Positions 7,535 to 18,004 of a DNA stretch of 47,338 bases are shown in pieces; the first letter of the stretch is position 1, and each line of letters begins with the position of its first letter. The stretch spans positions 1-47,338 of IMG/VR virus record IMGVR_UViG_3300033067_001623. One strand, 5' to 3'. This DNA is from a virus (Duplodnaviria; Caudoviricetes). Made by a program: the position numbers and the translations under genes. A model generated the notes under the pieces. That model was not told the DNA's origin and ran no database searches. It worked only from the letters and a program-made list of their open reading frames with translations.

Positions 7535-10500
7535 TGCCAAAACCAGGAGTACTTACAATTGAGGATAAAAAGTTTTTAGCTTCTTTAATGACAAAGATAG
7601 TTAAGGAGTCCTCATCTGGTAAATTGTCCGGCGATGAATCAATGATTGCTTATGGTAATCTTTTGGCAATGATAAAAATTGTACAAAAAGGATTATTAGA
7701 TATTGCAGGTACCAATAAGGAATTGCGTAAAGTAATTAATGATAATTTTAAATCTGCAGATCTTGAAAAGAAGTTTATACAATTAGGTGGTACATCAAAG
7801 AAAATTACAAAAGGCATAAAAACATCCTTTGAGGATGCTGCTAAAGCTATTCTTGGAGATTCTTCAGCATTAAATGACATGTCAGAATCATTTGATGATC
7901 TTATAAAAAGTACTGAAAATTATACACACAATTTAAGCGATACATCTGAGATCTACGATGAAATAAATAATTTACAAACTAGTATGAAAGATAATTTTAT
8001 CAAATATGCTGGTTCAGTCGAGGATGGTACAAGTTTATTACAACAACATATTAAAAAAGTATCTGATATAGATGATCTTACTAAATCCGTTTTGTTCGAT
8101 CAAGAAAAATATAATGATTATATACGTGAATTAAGTACAATACAAATTGAACCGAATATCTCAAAAGTTCAAATTGATGGGAAAATGATAGATTCATCGA
8201 AAATTATGCCTGAGATTAAGAAGATTTCTAATCAATGGAATAAAATGATAGATGCCGAAACAAATCGACTCGATGACATGTATGCTAATATTGCAAAAGA
8301 TGTAGTAAGAAATTCGAAAAATATTTCAGTCGATGAAACTACACAGAAGGTAACAAAAACACTGACCACTAAAAATGGCGGTACTGAATCATTTGCTACA
8401 AATCTTTCATTAGAAAAAGTATATGAAAATATAGCTAGTTTATTAAAAACAATAGGTGATACATCAGATTCAAATTTAGCAGCATCGAAGGAAGCGCTGA
8501 ATACGTTACAAACAACGTATGGAATCCAAGATGATATTTCAACGATGATGGCACAAGAAGTTTCATCTGCTCAGAAAAAACTAGTAGCAAATAAAGCACA
8601 ATTAGCTTTTGAGCAACATAAAGTAGAAATTGCTAAGCAGTTTGGAAAGACACTTAAATTCAATGATAAAATAATAGAAGGAGCATCAGATCATTTAGGT
8701 GAACTAGTAAGCATTCTACCAAAAGGTATTGTAGAATTTACTGGTTTAGATCGTCTTTCTTCATCCTTAAGTGCAAATCTTAATAAAGCAAATGAAAAAT
8801 TTGTAGAAATGGTTGCTAAAGGTGAAGGTGGAACTAAAAACATAAAGGCCTGGAAAGGTTATACGTCTACACTTTTAGGTGACTTTGGTAAAATATTAAC
8901 TCCAACTACTTTAATATTGGCAGGTCTTGCAGCAATTGTTAAAGTTACACATGAATATCAGGAAGCATTAATTGATATATCCAAAACACAGGGCGTATCT
9001 ATTAATCATGCAGCCAAAATGTATGAGTTTAATGCGGAATTAGTAGCATCATCAAAAGATATGATTACTACTAGAGCAAAGGCATTAGATATTGAAAATG
9101 AATTATTAAATACGACCGGAGAAATTTTTGATATTACTCAAGCCGGAGCAGCTGACTTAATAAGACAAGTAGATGGTATAAGTGAAGCCTTTGGTATAGC
9201 ATCAGGAGATGTGGCTAAAATGACACAAGCATTTCAAATGATGGGAGCTGATAATAAACTTAGTACAGATCTAGATGGTTATGTGGCATCATTATCTGAA
9301 GCAGCAGGATTATCTCCAAAAATAGTAACACAAGATCTAATTAATAACGCAGATACACTGGCAATGTATTTTGGTGGATTGCCTAAAGAAGCAGCTCAAG
9401 CAGTTGTTTCAATTAAACGTTTAGGAATACAAATTGGTAAAGTAGGTGATCTTGTACAAAAAACATGGAATATTGAAGGATTTTTAACTGACATGTATGA
9501 ATTAAAAGCTATGTCAGGTATAGATTTATCAAAAACATTTGAAGCAGGTATCGCAGGAGATTTTCAAAAAACAATTGAAGCAACTTTGGATGCAATTGGA
9601 TCAATTGATAATCTAAATAGACAATCTCCACAGGTACTAAAAAAGATTGCAGATACTACCGGTATAACTACTGAGGAGTTGCGTAAATCATTAGTCCTTA
9701 GAGAGAAAGGATTATCTTTAACAGGAGATGAGGCAAAATTACTTTCAAAAATGCCATATGATGATATTGTTAAGATGTCCAAAGAGGAAATTAAACATGC
9801 AGCACATAATTTATCTTTAACAGAGGAAACGAATAAAGAATGGGATAAAGTAAAGTCACAAATGATGACTGCGATATTACCAGCAATGAAAGGTGTAACT
9901 AAACTGGCTGCTGGAATCGTACCTATTATAGGTGTGATAGGAGATTTATTAGGAGGTATGTTAAAACCAATTGGTTGGATTGCAGAATTAATTGATACAA
10001 TAATACATAAATTTCAGGATTTATATCATTCTATTTTTCCTGTATCAGAAGCAACTGATCATTTAGCTGAATCAGGCGAAAATGTTAAATCTTCAATAAT
10101 GGGTTCAATATTTTCAGTAAATGGATTAGGTACTGCTATAGGTAGTGTATATGTCGCTTCAAAAACAGTTGTTCCATTATGGAAAAAGATATCATCCGTT
10201 ATGGGTTCATCTAACGCACCAATAGATGCAATGGGCACAGGAATAGATGTTTTAACAAAGAAATCAGGAATGTTAGGATCACTTTGGGAAAAGATATCTA
10301 GTCCTATTAAATCAATAATGGGAAAAACCGGAGAGAAAGTCGGTGATTTAGTATCAAATGTAATAGGTAATAAAGCAACGGATTCGGTTGAAAAGATGAC
10401 TATTAATAGAAAGAAAACTCCAAATTCAGATAGAGAAAGACCAGGTACATTTTGGAATTCAAAAGATTCAAAAAAAGCAGTAGGTGAAGTTGAAAAAATA

Positions 10501-11508
10501 CAAGGCCCTGTAGAAAAAATATTAGGTGATATATCAGCAGCAATAGGAACTACATTTGTTGATTTAATGACAGGACTAGGATCTGGAATAGGAGCATTGA
10601 TTCAAGGAATATTAACTGGAATAGCAAAAGGTGTAGGCGCGTTCAGTGCTGCAGCCGCAGGTCTCGGAGAATTTGCTTTAGTAATGGGAATAGTAGATGT
10701 TTCAGCAATTGCATTAGGTTACGCGTTTAAACTAGCTGAAAAAGGTTTGCATGAATTTGCAGGAGTAATAGATTCTATTGGAAATGCAATGTCAAAAATC
10801 TGGTCAACAGTGGGTGATGCTGTAATTGGTATAATAAAAGAAATGGGTACACAATTAGTAGCCATATCAAAAATCAATGCACTTAATATGTTTGCAGTAG
10901 CCGGAGGTATTTCAGCAATATCTGCATCTTTAATTGCATTTAGTGTAGCGACAACAGCATCGAGTATTGGTAATTTTGTAAGTAATATTTTTGGCGGTAA
11001 TGTTTTAGATAAACTGGCATCAGTTGGTAAAATAGCAGATCCATTACATATTGCAGCAGTAGCAATAAATTCATTAGATGAATCATTAAAAAGTTTATCA
11101 AATACATTAGAGCAGATTAATTTGGAATCTATATCTAAATTAAATAATATCAATGTAGATCAATTACAACAAAAACAACAATCAGCTAAAATTATAACCT
11201 CTAGACCAGAAAAAGAAGCTACTGCACAAAATGTAACAATAACACCAGGTAATGAAGTTATTTATGATGGTATTGGTAAAGTAAATAGTAATAGAACTGA
11301 TAATAATATTAATACAGGAAATAAGACACCAGGAGTACAAGATTATTTATCAAATAAACAAATATCAACGACTAAGATAGAAAACCTGTTACAACAAGTT
11401 ATACAAGGTTTAGCAGCTATAGCAGATAGACCTAGTCAAGTAGTATTTGGTAATGCAGAAATAAAGAGATTTAATTCCATTTTACGTGGATCAAATAATA
11501 ATAATTAG
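7534..11508 (+). CDS. Tail tape measure protein
   Basis: 1324 aa, Ala/Gly/Ser/Ile-rich, helical with hydrophobic stretches. Follows the chaperone pair. Confidence 0.85.
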   Translation: MPKPGVLTIEDKKFLASLMTKIVKESSSGKLSGDESMIAYGNLLAMIKIVQKGLLDIAGTNKELRKVINDNFKSADLEKKFIQLGGTSKKITKGIKTSFEDAAKAILGDSSALNDMSESFDDLIKSTENYTHNLSDTSEIYDEINNLQTSMKDNFIKYAGSVEDGTSLLQQHIKKVSDIDDLTKSVLFDQEKYNDYIRELSTIQIEPNISKVQIDGKMIDSSKIMPEIKKISNQWNKMIDAETNRLDDMYANIAKDVVRNSKNISVDETTQKVTKTLTTKNGGTESFATNLSLEKVYENIASLLKTIGDTSDSNLAASKEALNTLQTTYGIQDDISTMMAQEVSSAQKKLVANKAQLAFEQHKVEIAKQFGKTLKFNDKIIEGASDHLGELVSILPKGIVEFTGLDRLSSSLSANLNKANEKFVEMVAKGEGGTKNIKAWKGYTSTLLGDFGKILTPTTLILAGLAAIVKVTHEYQEALIDISKTQGVSINHAAKMYEFNAELVASSKDMITTRAKALDIENELLNTTGEIFDITQAGAADLIRQVDGISEAFGIASGDVAKMTQAFQMMGADNKLSTDLDGYVASLSEAAGLSPKIVTQDLINNADTLAMYFGGLPKEAAQAVVSIKRLGIQIGKVGDLVQKTWNIEGFLTDMYELKAMSGIDLSKTFEAGIAGDFQKTIEATLDAIGSIDNLNRQSPQVLKKIADTTGITTEELRKSLVLREKGLSLTGDEAKLLSKMPYDDIVKMSKEEIKHAAHNLSLTEETNKEWDKVKSQMMTAILPAMKGVTKLAAGIVPIIGVIGDLLGGMLKPIGWIAELIDTIIHKFQDLYHSIFPVSEATDHLAESGENVKSSIMGSIFSVNGLGTAIGSVYVASKTVVPLWKKISSVMGSSNAPIDAMGTGIDVLTKKSGMLGSLWEKISSPIKSIMGKTGEKVGDLVSNVIGNKATDSVEKMTINRKKTPNSDRERPGTFWNSKDSKKAVGEVEKIQGPVEKILGDISAAIGTTFVDLMTGLGSGIGALIQGILTGIAKGVGAFSAAAAGLGEFALVMGIVDVSAIALGYAFKLAEKGLHEFAGVIDSIGNAMSKIWSTVGDAVIGIIKEMGTQLVAISKINALNMFAVAGGISAISASLIAFSVATTASSIGNFVSNIFGGNVLDKLASVGKIADPLHIAAVAINSLDESLKSLSNTLEQINLESISKLNNINVDQLQQKQQSAKIITSRPEKEATAQNVTITPGNEVIYDGIGKVNSNRTDNNINTGNKTPGVQDYLSNKQISTTKIENLLQQVIQGLAAIADRPSQVVFGNAEIKRFNSILRGSNNNN

Positions 11509-11516
11509 GTAATACA

Positions 11517-12125
11517 ATGCCAAACGAAGTAGGAAGACCACGATATCATGATAAAGGACAAACTTTAGCTGCGAATTTCAATAAATTTGTTTTGCAAAGG
11601 TATGATCCAGGCGTTGGACCGGTAGATAGAGATCCAGTATCTAATTTATTTTTAAAGGATAAAACAACATGGGCATTTGAAGGACATATAATTTCTATTA
11701 ATGATACGTCTTCTCCTTCATGGGCTACAAACTTTGATTCGGGTAGACCAGATCCTAAAGTTATGTATTCACAATTTTCAAGAAATATTGATATATCATT
11801 TTTAGTAGTTGCTGTTAATAAAATAGAACATGATAAAAATTATGACATGTTATCTAATTTAGGTAGAATGACATATCCTATTGTTAAAAAAGATTATGGA
11901 TATAATGCTCCACATGTCATGTATAAGATTGATGAATTAATGAAAGGATTTGGAGTAATAACTAACCTTTCATATGTATGGGATCCTACTACTTCACCAT
12001 GGTTAGATAATAAACCATTATATACTGAAGTTAATATTTCTATTATGAATTTAGCAGATCCTTTTGGAAAACGGCCTAATGCAGATAGTTCAATTTATTT
12101 ATTTAAAAAGAGATATAGTAAGTAA
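11517..12125 (+). CDS. Baseplate tube-initiator-like protein
   Basis: I.D...PSW....GR.DP...Y....R.I...F.V motif and position after the tape measure gene. Confidence 0.55.
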   Translation: MPNEVGRPRYHDKGQTLAANFNKFVLQRYDPGVGPVDRDPVSNLFLKDKTTWAFEGHIISINDTSSPSWATNFDSGRPDPKVMYSQFSRNIDISFLVVAVNKIEHDKNYDMLSNLGRMTYPIVKKDYGYNAPHVMYKIDELMKGFGVITNLSYVWDPTTSPWLDNKPLYTEVNISIMNLADPFGKRPNADSSIYLFKKRYSK

Positions 12126-12436
12126 TGCAAAGATATAAAGAATTCGCGGAAATAATTAAAGATGAAACAAACTTTAATAGAAGAAGATATAGCACATTAT
12201 ATATACCTGATTTTCCACAAAGAGATACTGATATATATATAATTACTAAACGAACTACAAGAATGGATTTATTAGCAAATGAATATTATGGAGATCCACG
12301 GTATTGGATTATAATTGCAAAAGCAAATGTATTGAATAATGCTACAATACGTCCTCCAATTGGAATTAGATTAAGAATACCATATCCTTTAAATACAGGT
12401 GTTATAGAAACATTATTCATAGATAAACAAAATTAA
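12125..12436 (+). CDS. LysM-like baseplate wedge protein (gp53/tail X-like)
   Basis: RMDLLANEYYGDPRYWIIIAKAN...G.RLRIP LysM-type signature. Confidence 0.85.
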   Translation: MQRYKEFAEIIKDETNFNRRRYSTLYIPDFPQRDTDIYIITKRTTRMDLLANEYYGDPRYWIIIAKANVLNNATIRPPIGIRLRIPYPLNTGVIETLFIDKQN

Positions 12437-14418
12437 TGTCAGAATCAATCTATAGACGAAAACCCGAAGGTGATACCATATCTGTTTTACAAGGCAGATC
12501 TGCATTATTAAAATCACAAACACATATTGTTACTGGTAAATCTGCTATGGTACGAGATCCTGCCTTTATACAAATTACTGGAAAATGTAATTCATGTAAA
12601 GGTGGACCTGGAATGATACTTCCTCATATTGAAAATACATGGGATTCCGTATATAGACATAAACAAACTATTAAAACTGGGCCTATATTAGAACAAGTAA
12701 TTATAGAATGTGCAGGAGATTACGGCTTGGCCAGAAAAATATCTGCTACAATTCGTTGTTTTAAAGAAAAAGATTTTGAAGAAGTAGTAGATGCGTTTTT
12801 ACTTCCAGGTAATGAAATTAGTGCTAATTTTTATCATAAAGTTAAATGGGGAATAGGATCTTCAGGAAAGATAGAAAATTATAGAGTAGCAACATTTAAC
12901 TTTAATGGTACTGCAGAAGGTCATTGGATATGTAATTTTACAGCAGTATCCGCAGGAGCATCATTAAAAAATGCAGATATACAGGTTCAAGTAAGAAGTA
13001 GATCATTAAAATTTAAAGAAGCAGGGTCTATAGATCCAGAAGAAAAACATGACGCTTTTTCATTAGCGCAACTAATAGCATCAGACGCTCAGTTAAATGG
13101 AGATATTTCTAAAGATGCTTTTAATGATGATTACTTAATTACGTCGTTTAAAGATTATAATGAAGGAATTGGATTACCTAATGGAAAACCAGCTATAAAA
13201 TTATTTACTGGAGATTACTTAAGAGCATCTAGTGGTTTCATGGGATGGGGAAAAACTGAATTACCTAAAGATGAAGTAGATAAAGTCACTAATCAAGTAT
13301 ATGTAACCTTAGGTTATGTTATTGATAGAGTCATTAATGATCAAATTTTAGGATCAATTAAAAATGGTATAGGCGGTGATGATAAAGAAAAATATTCAAA
13401 GCTAAAAATTAGATTCGATAAAGTATTATCAAAATCAAAAATAACACCCGAAATGCAATCTGGAGATCCATTGACTGTTTTATTACATGGCCCAGGAGGA
13501 TTTAAAGGGCCAAGAGGTAATTATAAAAATTGGACTCCAATAGGCAAAAACTTTGAGGAAAAAATACCTGAACCAGTATCTGTTTTAGGAGATTCTACAG
13601 TCTTACCATGGAATATCTTAATTAATAGAAATGTTGTAACACAAGCATATAAGGATTCAATAAAAGAAAAAGAAGCTAAATCAGATTCAGTTGCATTACA
13701 AGTACAAAAAGAAGAAACAGTTAATTTAAATGATTTCTTAGATAAAATATTTAGATCAATATCAGATGCATTAGGTGGATTTATTAATTTAACATTAGTT
13801 GAGGATCCAAAAAATCAAAATTATCTATTAGTAATCGATCAGAATTATGGTGTTTCCGTACCTATTCCAGTAGTAGTATTTAATCCTATTGATGGTGATG
13901 GATCTACTAGACAATGTGTTGTGGAATCAAATGTAGGTTCTGCGGAATATACTTCTACAATGTATATGGGAATGTCAAAGAGAGGTGATCCTGCAACAAA
14001 ATTAAGAGATTGTAATTCAAAAATGTTACCTGCTAGAGAATTTGCATATAATACTGCATTATTCAATGCAAGAAAATTAGTAGATGCTCCAGGACATTTA
14101 GCAAAAAATGCATATAATCCAACGGATATACAAGCTCTAAAATCAATAATAAGTTCAATGTACCATAATAGACCAGAAGCAGAAAAGGATGAAGCAATTC
14201 ATTTTCCTGGTATGCAAATAACAATTGATCTAGATGGAGTATGGGGCTTTATACCTGGTAATGCAATATCTAGTACACAGTTACCTAAATCTTGGAGACG
14301 TAAAAATGTATACTTTATGGTGGTAAATGTTACACATACATTTCAGAATAATGATTGGCAAACAACATTGCGTGGAATAATGGCATATTATGAATCTTTA
14401 CAACCGGTTAACTTATAA
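12436..14418 (+). CDS. Baseplate hub protein (gp27/gpD-like)
   Basis: 660 aa. C-terminal I.LDG..G..PGN...LP...F.V.NV.H.....W.T.L.G is typical of hub proteins. Position fits. Confidence 0.6.
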   Translation: MSESIYRRKPEGDTISVLQGRSALLKSQTHIVTGKSAMVRDPAFIQITGKCNSCKGGPGMILPHIENTWDSVYRHKQTIKTGPILEQVIIECAGDYGLARKISATIRCFKEKDFEEVVDAFLLPGNEISANFYHKVKWGIGSSGKIENYRVATFNFNGTAEGHWICNFTAVSAGASLKNADIQVQVRSRSLKFKEAGSIDPEEKHDAFSLAQLIASDAQLNGDISKDAFNDDYLITSFKDYNEGIGLPNGKPAIKLFTGDYLRASSGFMGWGKTELPKDEVDKVTNQVYVTLGYVIDRVINDQILGSIKNGIGGDDKEKYSKLKIRFDKVLSKSKITPEMQSGDPLTVLLHGPGGFKGPRGNYKNWTPIGKNFEEKIPEPVSVLGDSTVLPWNILINRNVVTQAYKDSIKEKEAKSDSVALQVQKEETVNLNDFLDKIFRSISDALGGFINLTLVEDPKNQNYLLVIDQNYGVSVPIPVVVFNPIDGDGSTRQCVVESNVGSAEYTSTMYMGMSKRGDPATKLRDCNSKMLPAREFAYNTALFNARKLVDAPGHLAKNAYNPTDIQALKSIISSMYHNRPEAEKDEAIHFPGMQITIDLDGVWGFIPGNAISSTQLPKSWRRKNVYFMVVNVTHTFQNNDWQTTLRGIMAYYESLQPVNL

Positions 14419-14987
14419 TGGGATATAGAATACAAAAACCATATTATGGTCAACATCAAATTCTTACTAGCCAATATGCTAAGAAGGATGAATTCATATT
14501 GTTAGATGGTACGGATTACGAAGGATTATATCATGAACTACCAAACGGTCAGACATTTACTGGAGCTACGCAAGAAATTAATTCTAAAGAAATAATAAAA
14601 AAAGTACTTAAAGTTTCTGAGGATGTAAAATCATATAATAGAATTAAACAACAATCTATTTCATATTATAAAACGCCGGTAACAGTTTTTCGAATTATTT
14701 TGGATGATGATTATGATAATGGATATATAGAAAGATTTTTTGTCCAAAAAAGAAATAATCCTATTAATACTATTATGGAAATAGATTATGACCAGTATAG
14801 TAATATAGGACCTGATCCAGGTAATATTAATTCTTTATTGTACAATTCAATATTTATACGATGGAAAATTTCAAAGCTAAATAAAGATATTATGAGCACA
14901 TTAAATAAAATTGAAGTTGATACTGCCAATGTTATTTTTCCAGGTCTAAAAAAATATATTACAAATTATTTGGAATTTAGCAAATAA
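14418..14987 (+). CDS. Phage hypothetical protein (end of baseplate module)
   Basis: Y.G.YH....FTG, DY..G.I.RFF.QKRN and W.IS motifs; start overlaps the hub stop. Confidence 0.6.
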   Translation: MGYRIQKPYYGQHQILTSQYAKKDEFILLDGTDYEGLYHELPNGQTFTGATQEINSKEIIKKVLKVSEDVKSYNRIKQQSISYYKTPVTVFRIILDDDYDNGYIERFFVQKRNNPINTIMEIDYDQYSNIGPDPGNINSLLYNSIFIRWKISKLNKDIMSTLNKIEVDTANVIFPGLKKYITNYLEFSK

Positions 14988-15029
14988 GTACTTATACTAT
15001 AAGAAATAAAAAGGAAAATATATTTTTTA

Positions 15030-15079
15030 AAAATAATTGAAGAAAAATTTGGATTTCTCAGAAATTCTTCTTAATATAA
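15030..15079 (+). promoter_or_regulatory. Bacteroidota-type promoter with palindromic operator-like box (copy 1)
   Basis: AAAATAAT-N10-TTTGG-ATTTCTCAGAAAT-T; TTTG followed 20 nt later by TAATATAA. Confidence 0.7.
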
Positions 15080-15099
15080 TAAGAAATAAAAAAATTTAG

Positions 15100-15513
15100 A
15101 TGGAATTAGAATACATGCCACCGGTATTTTCATATATGACATTTAGCGATTTAGAAAATGATCATATTACTTTACAATTATTCTTAGATGCAGATTTTAA
15201 TGCTACAAGTTTATCTTTGAATTTGTACCCAACAAGCAATAATGAAGAAGATATATTTGAAGAACCAGAACATTGGGATAATCCGGAATATCTTTTAAAA
15301 GAATTATTTCCAGGACTACAAGAATATTTTCAAACAGGTAAAATAAATCGTCTTGTTTATGAATTAACCGAAGATTTTAGTACAGAAGAGATTTTATCTA
15401 TTTATACTATCTTTATTAAATGTTTTGAATTTGCTGAAGGATTTGAAATTGATTTAAATAATATCAATAATGAAGGAACATGTACGTGTCCAAATTGTTC
15501 ACCCAGAGAGTAA
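15100..15513 (+). CDS. Acidic hypothetical protein
   Basis: 137-aa, very Glu/Asp-rich ORF; first gene after the promoter element. Confidence 0.6.
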   Translation: MELEYMPPVFSYMTFSDLENDHITLQLFLDADFNATSLSLNLYPTSNNEEDIFEEPEHWDNPEYLLKELFPGLQEYFQTGKINRLVYELTEDFSTEEILSIYTIFIKCFEFAEGFEIDLNNINNEGTCTCPNCSPRE

Positions 15514-16831
15514 TCAATTACAACATATATCAGAACAGTTCCAAGGTACTAAATCAATATGGATTCCATTTTTAGAAAATAAAAATATTTCAGAATTTCA
15601 AACAGGAATTAGTTTTATATATGTTTATAATATTGATCTTCAGCAAGATTATTTATTAGGAATCAATCATTACGATATACCTAAACTGAATTTTTCAGAA
15701 ATAATACAAAATTTTAATAATGTAAACAAAATAATTTTAAATAAAACATATTTAAATCAATTTCAACAATGTAAATGTATAGATGCAAGATTAATTTCAT
15801 GGTATAATACTAACAGTGATTTTAAATTTAATGAAAATGTTGATTCATCAAAGTTAAATTTATATTATAGAACACATAAAATAAAGGATATAAACAATTA
15901 TATTCCAATAATGATTTTTTTAGATATAGCCAGGGACTATAGAAATCAGATATTAGTAGAATTACAAAAATATAAAAAGGATGAATCATTTTCAATGTAT
16001 AATAAATTAGTATTAAATGAATTATATAGAATTGAAAAATCAGGTATACATGTAGATAAGGATATTTTCTTTTCAAAATTTGCAAAAGTAGTTAAAACGG
16101 ATTTAGTATACACAAAATTTAATCCATATACAAAAACAGGACGTCCATCATCCCATTTTAATGGCGTAAATTATTCAGCAATGAATAAATCAGATGGAAG
16201 TAGAAAATGTATAACCAGTAGATTTAAAGAAAATGGAATATTATTAGAATTAGACTATGATTCGTGTCATCTTCGATTAGTAGGCAGATTATTAAATTAT
16301 AAATTACCAAAAGAAAATATTCATCACTATTTTGGACAACAATATTTTAATGAGTTTGAAATAACAGATGAAATGTATGAGGAAAGTAAGGGAATAACAT
16401 TTAAAGAATTATATGGTGATACACAAAAAACTGATATTCCATTTTTTAAAATGGTCAAAGAATATAAAAATGATTTATATTCAAAATATAAAAAAGATAG
16501 TTTTATTGAAACACCAATTTTCAGACGTAAAATAGTTAAAAAGTTTTACAAAAAAATGAATCCAAATAAGTTATTTAATTATCTAATTCAGAGTTATGAA
16601 ACTGAGTACAATGTAATGATAATGAAAAAAATAAATGATTATTTGGAAATGAATGAAAAGAAAACAAAATTAATGTTGTATACGTATGATTCTTTTTTAT
16701 TTGACTTCTGCAGGAGTGATGGAAAAGAAACAATGAATGATCTTATACAAATTACAAGTTTTGAAATACCAGTTAAAACAAAAGTTGGTAAAAATTATGA
16801 TTTATTAAAAGAAGTAAAATTTAAAATATGA
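15470..16831 (+). CDS. Short, divergent family A DNA polymerase-like protein
   Basis: E..GI.VD, TGRPS, motif A (ELDYDSCHLR), motif B (KGITFKELYG), NY.IQS and motif C (YTYDSFLFD). Confidence 0.85.
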   Translation: MKEHVRVQIVHPESNQLQHISEQFQGTKSIWIPFLENKNISEFQTGISFIYVYNIDLQQDYLLGINHYDIPKLNFSEIIQNFNNVNKIILNKTYLNQFQQCKCIDARLISWYNTNSDFKFNENVDSSKLNLYYRTHKIKDINNYIPIMIFLDIARDYRNQILVELQKYKKDESFSMYNKLVLNELYRIEKSGIHVDKDIFFSKFAKVVKTDLVYTKFNPYTKTGRPSSHFNGVNYSAMNKSDGSRKCITSRFKENGILLELDYDSCHLRLVGRLLNYKLPKENIHHYFGQQYFNEFEITDEMYEESKGITFKELYGDTQKTDIPFFKMVKEYKNDLYSKYKKDSFIETPIFRRKIVKKFYKKMNPNKLFNYLIQSYETEYNVMIMKKINDYLEMNEKKTKLMLYTYDSFLFDFCRSDGKETMNDLIQITSFEIPVKTKVGKNYDLLKEVKFKI

Positions 16832-17904
16832 AAGAGAAAGATATAAAAAACTTTGATTCGGAAAGAATAATAATTGACTGGTCAACGAAATGTGATGATG
16901 GATATCCAGTTTATCCATTTTGTGAAGCAACAATAAAGCATTTAAAAGAAACATTAATAGCACACGGTATTGAAAGACACGAGGATGTTATTAAAAGAAT
17001 ACGTAATAGACCAATATCATATAAGGCAACTATTACTGAAGAACTTAATGGTAAAATTTTTAACTCCACATCTACGGATACAAATCATGATTTGCATTAT
17101 ATATTTAATGAAATTAAGGATGATTATGGTAAAATGTTATCAATATTATATTATGTAGATCCCAATTCATTAGGTACATTATCTGAAGTTATTTTAACAC
17201 AATTAATTAAATCTGTTCCCGATACTGATGTAAATCATGTAGGTGGATCAAATGGTTTATCTGATATCCAGATCAATGGAAAAGAAATATCTGTTAAAAC
17301 AACATCAGCAGGAGAAACGATAAACTTAGGCTCCCACGAGAAATTATTTCCTAAACATGAAGATAATTTAATATTAAAAGAGCTAAAAGAAATGTATTCG
17401 AAACAGACTGAAAATATTACAGTTGCTGAAATGAAAAAATCAACTATTTTATCAGATAAATGTAAAGATGCAATATTACGTAAATTTCAAGCTATTAAAG
17501 AAAAGTTAACCGGACCTGATAATAATCATCATTTAATTTGGATTGAAAAAAATTATCAAAAAAATCAGATTTTAAATAAGATTAACATTCATATATTAAA
17601 GCTAGATGCTGAAAAAATGGATGAGATTTTAGAAACATCGGAAATACAGTTAACAGATAAAAGTTGGGGTGTAATATATAATGGAAAACAAATTGTAAGA
17701 GCAGGATCCATTAACTGTTCATTAAATGTAAATCCCAACTTTCTTAAAGGATCGTGCAAAGAAGAAGAAATTATCTCAATAAAAATTCCAATTGAAATAG
17801 AAAAATCTAAAAAGGATGTTAAAGATCAAGTTACCGATTTATTTTTAGGAGCCTTAAAAAATATCAGTACTGAATTGTATCCAGATAATGCAACAATTGC
17901 ATAA
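16828..17904 (+). CDS. Hypothetical protein with PD-(D/E)xK nuclease-like motif
   Basis: G.LSE.IL helix followed by LSDIQINGKEISVKT (D-x7-(E)xSxK). Confidence 0.45.
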   Translation: MKEKDIKNFDSERIIIDWSTKCDDGYPVYPFCEATIKHLKETLIAHGIERHEDVIKRIRNRPISYKATITEELNGKIFNSTSTDTNHDLHYIFNEIKDDYGKMLSILYYVDPNSLGTLSEVILTQLIKSVPDTDVNHVGGSNGLSDIQINGKEISVKTTSAGETINLGSHEKLFPKHEDNLILKELKEMYSKQTENITVAEMKKSTILSDKCKDAILRKFQAIKEKLTGPDNNHHLIWIEKNYQKNQILNKINIHILKLDAEKMDEILETSEIQLTDKSWGVIYNGKQIVRAGSINCSLNVNPNFLKGSCKEEEIISIKIPIEIEKSKKDVKDQVTDLFLGALKNISTELYPDNATIA

Positions 17905-17913
17905 AATATTTTG

Positions 17914-17963
17914 AAAATAATTGATGAAAAGTTTGGATTTCTCAGAAATTATTTTTATTTTAC
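17914..17963 (+). promoter_or_regulatory. Bacteroidota-type promoter with palindromic operator-like box (copy 2)
   Basis: AAAATAAT-N10-TTTGGATTTCTCAGAAATT, upstream of the SSB gene. Confidence 0.72.
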
Positions 17964-18004
17964 TTATATTATTTATTTATATTTAACAAATTAAAGGACT
18001 TAAA

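Noticed and set aside
2552-14418. Extracellular contractile injection system or tailocin
   Set aside because: Multiple tube genes and a LysM gene resemble eCIS, but neck genes and a complete T4-like replisome show this is a phage.
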